In this document: positions 30,297 to 39,485 of the stretch, piece by piece
How positions within the stretch are numbered: position 1 is the stretch's first letter
How the letters are laid out: every line of letters starts with the position of its first letter
NCBI GenBank assembly: GCA_045863395.1
Contig: BTVJ01000002.1
Coordinates: 96,001 to 160,000 of the forward strand
Direction: 5' to 3'
Length of the DNA: 64,000 nt
DNA from: Myxococcales bacterium
GTDB taxonomy: Bacteria; Myxococcota_A; UBA9042; JABWCM01; BTVJ01
Position numbers and translations under genes: made by a program
Notes under the pieces: generated by a model
Told to the model about the DNA's origin: nothing
The model's input: the letters and a program-made list of their open reading frames with translations, nothing else
Database searches by the model: none

Positions 30297-30493
30297 GGTC
30301 AGCGCGGGAGCTCTCCAGCGCGGCGACCGCACGGCAGGGCAACCCCAAGCCCGGCGCTCCCATCTGGCGGCCGTCGGTGGCCGGTGCTATCGTGAGCCTC
30401 ACTTCACGGAGGTGCGGTCGTGCGGGACAGCGGTGTCCGGGCGTCCACTGGGGCATTGCGGGTGGGACCTCCACGGCCCTGCCCTGAGCTGCG

Positions 30494-31975
30494 ATGAAGG
30501 GTGCGCTCCTCACCTTGGCCCTGTGGATGGACGCAGGCCTCTACGACCCGCACGTCGGCTACTACACCGCGGGACGCGTGCGGTTTGGCGCAGGCCACGA
30601 TTTCTGGACCTACCCGGAGCGCCTCTCGCCCACCTTCGGGCGGCTCGTTGCGTCGAGGCTCGCGCGCATGCTCGCGCACCTGGAGGCCCACGGCGGTCTC
30701 CCACCGGGGGAGCCATTCACGGTGGTCGAGCTGGGCGCTGGGGACGGAACGCTGGCGCGGGACATCTGTGACGCCGCCCTCGAGGAGGCGCCCCGTGATC
30801 CCCTCATGCGACGTCTGGAGCAGCGGCTGCGCTACCTCATCGGTGAGCGCTCTCCGTCCTTGCGACGGGTACAGCAGGCGACCTGCGCCTCCCACGGGGC
30901 CCGCGTCGCCCACCTGCCGCAGGAGTCTGGGGACGAGCTGCCCGAGGCGATGCCCTGGCGAGGCGTGCTGCTGTCCAACGAGCTCATCGACGTGTTCGCC
31001 CACCACCGCGTCCGCCCGCTGGAGCGCACCTTGCTCGCGCTCGAGCCGCGTGTCTCCGGCCGGGAGGAGCCCCTGGGGCTCGCCGAGCTGCTCGCCAAGG
31101 TCGCGCCGCAGCCGCTGACGGTCACACCGCGGTGGGCTCTCCTCGATTCCCACCCGGACGCTCCGCTGATCTCGCCGTACCTGGAGGCTCTCGCGCCCGT
31201 GGTCGCCCGCCGGGCAGCCGCCCACCCCGCTCCCGCGGATCTGCTCGTAGCGCCAGGGGTGACGCGCCTTGCACGGTGGACCGCGGAGCACCTGCTCGCG
31301 GGCTGGGCGCTGACCATCGACTACGGCGGCACCCCGGTGCACGCCATGGACCCGGAGCCGACCATGCCGCACCTGCGCGTGTACCCGCGCCCGGCAGGAG
31401 CCGACGAGCGCAGCTACGGGGGCGCCGATGCGGTGGCGGAGCTTGGCTGGCCCGGCACGCAGGACATCACCGCGGAGATCGACTTCGGCCACCTGGCGTG
31501 GGAGGGGGAGCGCGCGGGCCTTCGTCCGGTCCACTTCGGGCCGCAGGGCCACCTCCGCGAGCCGGGCGGACTCATTGACCCCATGGATCGCAGCGAGCGC
31601 GCCCGGGTGGAGGCGGCGCTGGTTCGCAAGTACGCGTTCGGGCAGGTCGACGCGGCCATGGCTGCCTGGGAGGTCGCGCGGGCCTTTCGCGACCGTTCAC
31701 CCGGGTTCCGGCTGCTGCTCCAGCAGGCGCGGGTCCCGGTTGAGCCGTTCGCGCTCGGTCACCCCACCGACCCCATCCGAATTGGGGAGCTGGCTCAGCT
31801 CCGGCCCGGCGTGACGGCCGAGGTGATCGTGCAGGCGCTCGCAACGGCAGGACTGCCCCCCGACGTGGCGCGCGCGCTTCGCCCGTGGGGCTGCCCCGTC
31901 GCGGACCTCGACGACGCCGGCCTCCGGGAGCACACCCGTGCAGTTCTCGCCGCCCTGGGCGCGCTGCTGGCGTGA
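30494..31975 (+). CDS. NDUFAF7/MidA-family SAM-dependent (protein-arginine) methyltransferase with C-terminal extension
   Basis: MDAGLYDPHVGYY, DFWTYPERLSPTFG, VVELGAGDGTLARD, ERSPSLR, SNELIDVF, IDYG, PGTQDITAEIDF. Confidence 0.82.
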   Translation: MKGALLTLALWMDAGLYDPHVGYYTAGRVRFGAGHDFWTYPERLSPTFGRLVASRLARMLAHLEAHGGLPPGEPFTVVELGAGDGTLARDICDAALEEAPRDPLMRRLEQRLRYLIGERSPSLRRVQQATCASHGARVAHLPQESGDELPEAMPWRGVLLSNELIDVFAHHRVRPLERTLLALEPRVSGREEPLGLAELLAKVAPQPLTVTPRWALLDSHPDAPLISPYLEALAPVVARRAAAHPAPADLLVAPGVTRLARWTAEHLLAGWALTIDYGGTPVHAMDPEPTMPHLRVYPRPAGADERSYGGADAVAELGWPGTQDITAEIDFGHLAWEGERAGLRPVHFGPQGHLREPGGLIDPMDRSERARVEAALVRKYAFGQVDAAMAAWEVARAFRDRSPGFRLLLQQARVPVEPFALGHPTDPIRIGELAQLRPGVTAEVIVQALATAGLPPDVARALRPWGCPVADLDDAGLREHTRAVLAALGALLA

Positions 31976-31996
31976 TCCCGGAGGTTCCCAGGCCCG

Positions 31997-32035
31997 TTGT
32001 CGAAGGTCGGTTCCCGGGCTACCATGGGCCCATGG
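31997..32035 (+). promoter_or_regulatory. Sigma70-like promoter overlapped by a perfect 14-bp palindrome; probably leaderless
   Basis: TTGTCG-17 nt-TACCAT, then 6 nt to ATG 32032; CCATGGGCCCATGG at 32022-32035. Confidence 0.5.
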
Positions 32036-32382
32036 ACGTCACTCCCTATCTGGAGAACCTCCGGCGCATGGACCGGGAGCTGCGGGCGGCGGAGGTCCGG
32101 CGTGCCGAGGAGGCCCGCACCCGCCTGCCTGGCGTGGTCGAGGTGCTGGTGGCCCTCGGCGCGCGCCGCGTGATCCTGTTCGGATCACTGCGGACGGGTC
32201 GCCTGCACGACCGCTCCGACATCGACGTGGCGGTGGACGGAGTCCCTGCGGACCGTTACTGGGAGGCGCTGTGGCGGTGCGCAGAAGTGGCGGGGCGGCA
32301 CGTCGACCTGGTGCTGCTCTCGGAGGCGTCCGACTCCCTGCGCGAGCGCATCGCCGAGGATGGGGAGGTGCTTCATGGCTGA
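32032..32382 (+). CDS. MNT-family nucleotidyltransferase antitoxin (MntA-like)
   Basis: VILFGS-LRTGRLHDRS-DID matches GSX10DXD; VDLV...LRERI. Confidence 0.88.
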   Translation: MDVTPYLENLRRMDRELRAAEVRRAEEARTRLPGVVEVLVALGARRVILFGSLRTGRLHDRSDIDVAVDGVPADRYWEALWRCAEVAGRHVDLVLLSEASDSLRERIAEDGEVLHG

Positions 32383-32902
32383 CTCGCCCGTTCGGTCCCT
32401 GTTGCTGCGACTGGCGAGCGAGCTGGCCAAGGAGCGTGCGGTCGCAGAGCGGATCTCTGACGAGGTCCTGGAGGACGCCTGCCGGATGGAGTCGTCGCCG
32501 GACGATCCGGCCTTGGAGCGCGCCCACCTTGCCGTGGTCGCCGTGGGGCTCCACCGCTGGTACACGGCCGTCGAGGCCATCGTGGAGCGGGTCGAGCGAG
32601 CGCTGGGGACGATGCCCACCGGCGCCGAGTGGCACAGCGAGCTGCTGGCCGGCGCGACCCTCGACATCACGGGTGTGCGTCCCGCGATCCTCCCGGAAGC
32701 GTGCGCGGATCCCCTGCGGTCCCTACTGAAGTTTCGTCACTTCTTTCGGCATGCCTACGCAGTCCAGCTCGACGGCGCCAAGCTGCGCGGCCTGGTCGCC
32801 GATCTGCGGGCCGTTGGCCAGCAAGTTCATGCGGCGCTCGCGGCCTTCGAGGCCTTCTTGCGCGCAGCGGCGGACGACCTGAACGAGCCTGACTCCGGGT
32901 AG
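32375..32902 (+). CDS. HEPN-domain RNase toxin (HepT-like)
   Basis: LHRWYTAVE, WHSELL, FRHFFRHAY (RX4HXY); 8-nt overlap with the MNT gene. Confidence 0.85.
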   Translation: MADSPVRSLLLRLASELAKERAVAERISDEVLEDACRMESSPDDPALERAHLAVVAVGLHRWYTAVEAIVERVERALGTMPTGAEWHSELLAGATLDITGVRPAILPEACADPLRSLLKFRHFFRHAYAVQLDGAKLRGLVADLRAVGQQVHAALAAFEAFLRAAADDLNEPDSG

Positions 32903-33001
32903 TCTCGCGGTCTGGCTCGATCCCTCCGTCGAGATGTGGAGGGTTCGCTGCGATGGGCTGCGCGCCTGTGCCGGCGCCCGAGGGGGCAGCGCCCCCTCCG
33001 G

Positions 33002-36000
33002 TCACATGACGTCGGGCCCCACGTTCTCGATGAAGCAGTCCTTGGGGGCCCCGAACGTCAGCGGGTAGAGGAAGCCGCTCGGCTGGTACTTGGCGGGCAG
33101 CGGGGCGCCGTTGAGGTTCAGGTCCATGCCCTCCTTGTCCCAGGCGTCCCAGACCTCCTGGTTCTTCTTGGCGCGGGCGTCCATCAGAGAGATGAGCTGC
33201 GATGGGGGCGTGCCTGCCGGGTAATCAGGCCCCACGATGTTGGAGAGCACCGCGTCGCGGGCCTTGCTGACGGTCGCCGGGTCGTAGGCCACGACCGCCA
33301 GCTCCCCTTCGTAGAGGAGGCCGCGGTTGTTGGAGTTGCAGGAGCCCACCTCCATCCACACGTCGTCGATGAGCACCATCTTGGAGTGGAGGTCGTGGGG
33401 CACGAAGTGGGCGTCCACCTCGTCGATGCAGAACGTGCAGCCGGTGTCCACCGCGTCGAAGCTCTGGGTCTGGTAGGTGCGGTAGCGCGTGGGGAAGGCC
33501 TTGGCGAGCTTCTCGTTGAGCAGGTAGGTCTGCCAGCAGCCCGGGTCCGCCCACTCGTTCATGGGGTTGGTCACGACGATGAGCACCAGCGCCGGCACCT
33601 GGTTCATGCGCTCGGTGACCTTGTCCATGAGCAGCGGGGCGCGGAAGTACTGGTCCTCGATGAAGATGTACTTCTCGGCGCGGGAGACGGCGCGCAGCAG
33701 CGCCTCCAAGATGGCGTTCTCCGAGAACGGGGCGGGCATGGTCGCCACAACCTGGGCCTGCACGCCGTCGGCTTTCGGAGGGGCCGGCTTGCCCGCAGCG
33801 AACGGGGTCGCCAGGTCTGCGTACAAGGCGCCCGCTGCGATCTGGGCGAGCCAGCGCTCCCGGAACACGTCCTCCACGTCCACGGCGGCGGGCCCCTCCA
33901 GGCGCATCATGTAGTCCTTGCGGGGACCGAAGTCCGGCGTCTTCTTCTTGGCCTTGACTTTCTGGCGGTCGGCCGTCGACGCCTTGAACTGCATGCGCAG
34001 CTCGTTGAACACCGTGTGGTCGGAGCCATCCCAGTCCGTGGTCTTGAAGTTCATGCCACCGACGAAGGCGACCTCCGCGTCGATGGACATGAACTTCTGG
34101 TGCCAGCTCGCGATGGGCACGTCGAGCCAGCCCACCCCGAGCGGGAGGGCGGTCGTGTCGACCGCGATGGGGCCCGAGAAGGCAGGGTAGGGGGCGCTCG
34201 CGACCTGAGTCGCCCCGCTCACGGCCTTCAGCCGTGCCCCGAAGTCCGCGGCCTTCGGGGTCACCACGAACTTGCCGTGCACGTCGTTGGCCATGCCCAG
34301 ATACTCGAAGTCGTCCCCCGGTGCCTTGGCTTTGGCGAGCAGCTCGTCGTCCACGGTCAGGTTGCTGAGCAGCCCGTCCTGGCTGTAGAACTGGTTGACC
34401 ATCACGCGCCGGTCGATCCCCTGCAGTGCCTCCAGCTTCCCCATGATGGTGTTCTTCCAGCGGTCGCTCGCCGAGAGGAACATGTGGGTCGCCGGGTCGC
34501 GCAGCACCTCCAGCTCGCTCGTCCACCACCAGCTCGACGCCATGACGCGCTCCGCGGCGAGGCTGAGGTCTGCGGTGACCGTCGCCCACGCCTGAAGGCC
34601 GTCCCGCAGCAGCGTCACGCGGGTGCCGGGACGGGCGGGACGCCCCGCCGGCGCAAACCAGTGGTGGGCGAGGCCCGTGTGGACCGTGTAGAACCGGACC
34701 TGCTTGGCCCCCACCGTGCGGAGGTCCGTGGTCAGCGCCCAGGCCGCCTTGGGGGCGCCCGGGGCCGGCTTGAAGGTCATGGCGGAGGTCGTCGCAGACC
34801 CGTCATAGGCCAATGTGCCCGTGAGCGGGTCGTGGAGCGCCGCGGAGACAGTGACGCTCAGCGACGACTTGCCGCACAGGGGGATGGTCCAGACGGCGCC
34901 CGCCAGAGGCGAGACAGCGGTGCCGGCCGTGACCTCCACCTTCCCGGCCACGGGCTGGGCCCAGACGTCGCGGGGCACGACCTCCAGCATGGCGGTCTGG
35001 GGGCCGCAGGTGCCGGACGCCCATGCGCAGTCGCAGCCGCCGTCGCAGACCGCGCCGCAGGTCTTCGCCGCGGTGGCGCACAGGTCGTCCCACTGGGTGT
35101 CGCAGCAGAAGGCGTCGCCGGCACAGACGCAGGACTGAATCACGGCATCGGCGCAGCCCGGGCCGGGTCCAGGCAGACAGCAGTCTCCGCCGCAGGGCCC
35201 GCAGTCCGCAGGGCAGGTGCCGCAGGTCTCCGTCGGGCCGCAGATCCCGTCGCCGCAGCCTTGCGGGGCCTCGCAGGAAGCCCCGCACGTGTCCTTGGCG
35301 CCTATCACACAGAGATTGTCCCACGCGGTGGCGCAGCAGAAGGGGTCGGCCTCGCAGACGCAGGACTGGATCCCCGCGCTCCCGCACCCAGGGGTGGTGC
35401 GCGCCGTGCAGCAGTCTCCCGGGTCGCAGACGCCGCAGTCCGCCGGGCAGTCGTCGCAGCCCTCGCCCGCGCCGCACGTGCCGTCGCCGCACTGGTCGAC
35501 GACCGCGCAGCCAGCGCCGCAGTCCGTCCCTGCTTCCTGCACGCAGAGCGCGTCCCAGGCGGTTGCGCAGCAGTATGAGTCCACCGCGCAGACGCAGTTG
35601 GTGATCTCGGTCGACTCGCAGGCGGGCGTGCCCTTCGCGGCGCAGCAGTCTCCGGTGCCGGGGCAAGCGCCGCAGTCGCCGGGGCAGGTCTCACACGTCT
35701 CGCCGGTGTCGCAGGTGCCATCGCCACAGTCCGCGCCTCCCCCGCCTCCCCCGCCTCCACCGCCTCCGCACCCGGCCTTGCAGAGAATGGTGGCGGCCTC
35801 GATGCACTTGCCGGTCCACTCCTCCTGGCAGCAGACGGGCACCTGGGCGCACACACAGGCCGCGATGCCCTCGTCCTTGCAGCCCGGCGCCTGACTCGTC
35901 TCACAGCACGAGTTCTCGGGGGGAGGCAGGGCGTCCTCGGGGGCCTCGCCCGCGTCCGTGGGCGCGTCCGCGCTCGTGTCCCAGGCCGCGTCGTGCGTCG

Positions 36001-36217
36001 CCAGGTCAGGTGCGGTCGAGGCGTCCGCGGCCGTGTCGGGGCCGTTCGTCCCGCCGTCGTCTCCGCCGCCCGTGATGCTGTCCGCCGCCCCCGGCGCGTC
36101 GTCAGCGACGGCCACGTCGAGTCCCGCGTCCGTCCCTGGCGCGAAGGACGCCGTCGGGCTCTCCTCTCCGCCGCAGCCCAGCAAGACCACCAGCACCAGA
36201 ACCCGGACTCGACCCAT
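33002..36217 (-). CDS. Phospholipase D lipoprotein with N-terminal Cys-rich repeats
   Basis: Lipobox LLGC; two HKD motifs (HQKFMSID, HSKMVLID); YIFIEDQYF; GSCN. Confidence 0.85.
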   Translation of the reverse strand: MGRVRVLVLVVLLGCGGEESPTASFAPGTDAGLDVAVADDAPGAADSITGGGDDGGTNGPDTAADASTAPDLATHDAAWDTSADAPTDAGEAPEDALPPPENSCCETSQAPGCKDEGIAACVCAQVPVCCQEEWTGKCIEAATILCKAGCGGGGGGGGGGGADCGDGTCDTGETCETCPGDCGACPGTGDCCAAKGTPACESTEITNCVCAVDSYCCATAWDALCVQEAGTDCGAGCAVVDQCGDGTCGAGEGCDDCPADCGVCDPGDCCTARTTPGCGSAGIQSCVCEADPFCCATAWDNLCVIGAKDTCGASCEAPQGCGDGICGPTETCGTCPADCGPCGGDCCLPGPGPGCADAVIQSCVCAGDAFCCDTQWDDLCATAAKTCGAVCDGGCDCAWASGTCGPQTAMLEVVPRDVWAQPVAGKVEVTAGTAVSPLAGAVWTIPLCGKSSLSVTVSAALHDPLTGTLAYDGSATTSAMTFKPAPGAPKAAWALTTDLRTVGAKQVRFYTVHTGLAHHWFAPAGRPARPGTRVTLLRDGLQAWATVTADLSLAAERVMASSWWWTSELEVLRDPATHMFLSASDRWKNTIMGKLEALQGIDRRVMVNQFYSQDGLLSNLTVDDELLAKAKAPGDDFEYLGMANDVHGKFVVTPKAADFGARLKAVSGATQVASAPYPAFSGPIAVDTTALPLGVGWLDVPIASWHQKFMSIDAEVAFVGGMNFKTTDWDGSDHTVFNELRMQFKASTADRQKVKAKKKTPDFGPRKDYMMRLEGPAAVDVEDVFRERWLAQIAAGALYADLATPFAAGKPAPPKADGVQAQVVATMPAPFSENAILEALLRAVSRAEKYIFIEDQYFRAPLLMDKVTERMNQVPALVLIVVTNPMNEWADPGCWQTYLLNEKLAKAFPTRYRTYQTQSFDAVDTGCTFCIDEVDAHFVPHDLHSKMVLIDDVWMEVGSCNSNNRGLLYEGELAVVAYDPATVSKARDAVLSNIVGPDYPAGTPPSQLISLMDARAKKNQEVWDAWDKEGMDLNLNGAPLPAKYQPSGFLYPLTFGAPKDCFIENVGPDVM

Positions 36218-36290
36218 GAGACCCTCCACGTCTGCCACGATCCGCGGGCTCCATCATGGCGTATCAGCACCGCTGGCGCCACCCCGCCGG

Positions 36291-38489
36291 TCAGCGCTCC
36301 GGCCGGTCTGCCGCCTCGACTCCAGCACGCAGCCACTCCACGACCGCCGACCACACCCGCACGGTCGCGTCCGGCTTCGCGACCATGTGGGTCTCCCCGG
36401 CCAGCGGAAGGAAGCCGTGGGAGATGCCCGCGTCGAACAGCGCCCGCGACAGGACCAGGGAGTGGACCAACAGCACGTTGTCGTCGGCCGTCCCGTGGAT
36501 GAGCAGCAGGGGGCGCTGGAGCCGCGTGGCCTCGCTCAAGGGGCTGCTGCGGTCGTAGGCGGCTGCGTCCTCCGTGGGGAGGCCCAGGTAGCGCTCCGTG
36601 TAGTGGGTGTCGTAGTGGCGCCAGTCGGTGACCGGCGCCCCCGCGACCGCCGCCTTGAACAGGCCCGGCTCGCGCAGCACGGCGAGGGCGGCCATGGTCC
36701 CGCCGAAGGACCAGCCGAAGACTCCGACCCGACTCAGATCCATCTCCGGCACCCGCGCGGCGACGGCGCGCAGCCCCGCCACCTGGTCCTCCAGCGCCGG
36801 GCCCGCCAGGTCGCCGCGGATCGCCCGCTCCCAGTCGCGGCCACGCCACGGCGTGCCCCGGCCGTCGATGCTCACCACGATGAAGCCCTGCTCCGCGAAC
36901 CACTGGGGGAGCACGTAGCGACCGCGGGCGGCCGTCGCGAGGCGGGCGTGGGGGCCGCCGTACACGTAGAGGATCACCGGGGTCGGCTGCCCCGCCGCGA
37001 GCGCGGTCGGGCGCACCACCGCGGCCCGCAGCTCCCGGTCACCGACCCGCATCAGCTCCACCCGCGGCGTCACCACCGGCTCCTCGGCAACGGACCGCAG
37101 CGGCGCGAGGGCCCTCTCGCCCTCCATCAGCGTGAAGGCGGGAGGCGCGTCGAGGGTCTCGGCCCCATGCACCCAGCGCCCCGACCTCCGGTCGCCGCCG
37201 AGCGCCTGGTGCTCGCCCGGCGCCGTCGTCAGGCGGGTCGGCGCGGAGCCGTCGAGCGGCACGCGCCAGACGTGGGTCTCCGACGGCTCGGGGCCGCCGT
37301 GGACGAGGACCGCGCCGTCTCCGACCACCTCGACGCTGCGGTAGCCCACCTCGGGCCCCCCGAGCGTTCGCGCGCCGTCCGGCGCGAGCAGCTCCAGCGT
37401 TCGCGCGCCGCTCCGCTCCGAGGACCAGAGGATGCCGCCCGGGACGCGGCGCGGCACGCTCCGGTCGAGCTCCACCCACGCCGGGTCGGTCTCCACCTTC
37501 AGCGTGCGCGTGGCGCCGTCCTCGCCGACCTCCAGCAACGCCAGCTCCTGCTGGGACCGGGTCTGGACCACGAGCAGGGGCGCCCCGGCTCCCCAGTGCA
37601 CGGCGGCGAGGTACGGGTAGCGCGCGCGGTCCCAGGCAACCCAGGTGGTCTCACCTCCAGAGGCGGCGACGATCCCCAGCGTCACGTCCGCGTTGTCCTC
37701 TCCCGCCCGCGGATAGGGCCACACGTCGGGCGCCTTCTCCGGGTGCGATGGGTCGGCGATGTGGATGCGCCCCACCCGCGCCGTGTCCGTGCGCTGGAAG
37801 AGCAGGCGGGTGGAGTCCGGGGACCACCAGGTGCCGTCCATGCGCCCCATCTCCTCCTGGGCGACGAACTCGGCGAGCCCGTTGGTGATCTCTCCGCCTC
37901 CGTCGGTCGTCAGGCGCCGCGCCTCGCCGTCGAGCGGGGCCACCCACAGGTCGCCGGCGCGCGTGAACGCGACGTGGCTCCCATCCGGCGACAGGCGTGG
38001 CGCGATACCCCCCTCTGCGGCCTTCATCTCACGGCCCTTGCCGGCGCGGTCCACGTTGAACAAGCGCCCGGAGAGCGGCACCAGCAGCACTCGCCCGTCC
38101 TCGGACAGGCTGAAGGACGTGATCCCCCGCTCGGCCAGGCGCATCCGCTCGCGGCGGGCCTTCTCCTCGGCGGACAGCTCCCCCTCCGCTCCGCCGAGCA
38201 GACCCTCGGCGGTCAGCAGCTCCCGCTCGCCGGTGGCCGGATCCAGCTCCCACAGGGAGCGCGTGAAGCTCCGCGGGCCGGACCGCAGGAAGAGCACCGT
38301 CCCCTCGGGCGTGACCACCGGCGCGGCGGGCTGCCCATTTCGGAAGCGCCACGTCTCGGCGTACTGGCGCAGCAGGTCCGTACGCTCCGTTCTTGGCGTC
38401 ACAGGCTCACCTCGTCTGGCCAGGGTCTTGGCGTCGGCCCCAGCGCAGAGCAGGAGGGCCACCATCGGTACGATCCATCTCTGTTTCAT
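36291..38489 (-). CDS. Dipeptidyl peptidase IV-like S9B peptidase, secreted
   Basis: AEFVAQEEM, YPRAG, YVYGGP, GWSFGG, YDTHYTERYLG, HGTADDNV, ETHM. Confidence 0.92.
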   Translation of the reverse strand: MKQRWIVPMVALLLCAGADAKTLARRGEPVTPRTERTDLLRQYAETWRFRNGQPAAPVVTPEGTVLFLRSGPRSFTRSLWELDPATGERELLTAEGLLGGAEGELSAEEKARRERMRLAERGITSFSLSEDGRVLLVPLSGRLFNVDRAGKGREMKAAEGGIAPRLSPDGSHVAFTRAGDLWVAPLDGEARRLTTDGGGEITNGLAEFVAQEEMGRMDGTWWSPDSTRLLFQRTDTARVGRIHIADPSHPEKAPDVWPYPRAGEDNADVTLGIVAASGGETTWVAWDRARYPYLAAVHWGAGAPLLVVQTRSQQELALLEVGEDGATRTLKVETDPAWVELDRSVPRRVPGGILWSSERSGARTLELLAPDGARTLGGPEVGYRSVEVVGDGAVLVHGGPEPSETHVWRVPLDGSAPTRLTTAPGEHQALGGDRRSGRWVHGAETLDAPPAFTLMEGERALAPLRSVAEEPVVTPRVELMRVGDRELRAAVVRPTALAAGQPTPVILYVYGGPHARLATAARGRYVLPQWFAEQGFIVVSIDGRGTPWRGRDWERAIRGDLAGPALEDQVAGLRAVAARVPEMDLSRVGVFGWSFGGTMAALAVLREPGLFKAAVAGAPVTDWRHYDTHYTERYLGLPTEDAAAYDRSSPLSEATRLQRPLLLIHGTADDNVLLVHSLVLSRALFDAGISHGFLPLAGETHMVAKPDATVRVWSAVVEWLRAGVEAADRPER

Positions 38490-38534
38490 GCGGTGGTTGT
38501 AGCCTGAATCGCCCCCGGGGTACAGTCCCGGACC

Positions 38535-39434
38535 ATGAAGCACGCCCCCTTGGAGGTGACCCTCCGCCAGCTCCAGTACGTGGTGACCGTCGCGGACGCC
38601 AGGAGCTTCCGCCGCGCCGCCGCGCTCTGCGGTGTCTCCCAGCCATCTCTCAGCGCCCAGGTGGCCGAGGTGGAGGCAGCTCTGGGAGTGCAGCTCTTCG
38701 AGCGGGACCCGCGGAGTGTGCTGGTGACGGCGGCCGGTGAGGAGCTGGTGCAGCGCGCGCGGGCGGTCCTCATGGGCGCCGAGGATCTGGTCGAGGCGGC
38801 GCGCAGGTCCAATCCCCTCGCGGGCACCTTGCGCCTCGGCGTCATCCCCACCATCGGGCCCTACCTGCTGCCCGATCTGGATCCCGCCCTGCGCCGCACC
38901 TTCCCCGGCCTGACCCTCCGGTGGACGGAGGACAAGACCCACGTGCTCGTCGACGCCATCGGGCGGGGGGAGCTGGACGCCGCGGTCCTGGCGCTGGAGG
39001 CCGAGCTGGGCGATCTGACCCACGAGGTCATCGCCCGGGACCCCTTCGTGCTCGCCACCCCGCCGGGCCATCCCCTGTGCGCGGGGCCGGTGTGCGGCCG
39101 CGATCTTCGGGGTGAGACGGTGTTGCTGCTCGACGACGGCCACTGCTTCCGGGAGCAGGCGCTCTCCCTCTGCGCGTCGGCCGGCGCCAGGGAGCTGGGC
39201 TTCCGCGCCACCAGCCTCGCGACGCTTGCGCAGATGGTGGCCGGCGGCGCGGGGGTGACGCTGCTGCCGCGCATGGCGGTGGAGGTGGAGAACCGCCGCG
39301 GGCGCCTCGCGATCACCCCGCTGACCGATGCTCCGGGTCGGACCGTGGTCCTCGCCTGGCGGCCGCGGTCTGCGTTGGGTGCGGCGCTGGCCCGGGTGGC
39401 GGCGGCTGCGCGGGAGGAGCTCGGTTCCCGCTGA
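38535..39434 (+). CDS. oxyR: LysR-family H2O2 sensor (OxyR-like)
   Basis: LysR HTH; LRLGVIPTIGPYLLP; LLDDGHCFREQALSLC (C-X8-C); ATSLATLAQMV. Confidence 0.8.
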   Translation: MKHAPLEVTLRQLQYVVTVADARSFRRAAALCGVSQPSLSAQVAEVEAALGVQLFERDPRSVLVTAAGEELVQRARAVLMGAEDLVEAARRSNPLAGTLRLGVIPTIGPYLLPDLDPALRRTFPGLTLRWTEDKTHVLVDAIGRGELDAAVLALEAELGDLTHEVIARDPFVLATPPGHPLCAGPVCGRDLRGETVLLLDDGHCFREQALSLCASAGARELGFRATSLATLAQMVAGGAGVTLLPRMAVEVENRRGRLAITPLTDAPGRTVVLAWRPRSALGAALARVAAAAREELGSR

Positions 39435-39485
39435 GGGTGGGGGAGGGCGGGCGAGAGAGAGCGAGCGTTGGGGCTGCCCCAGGCG

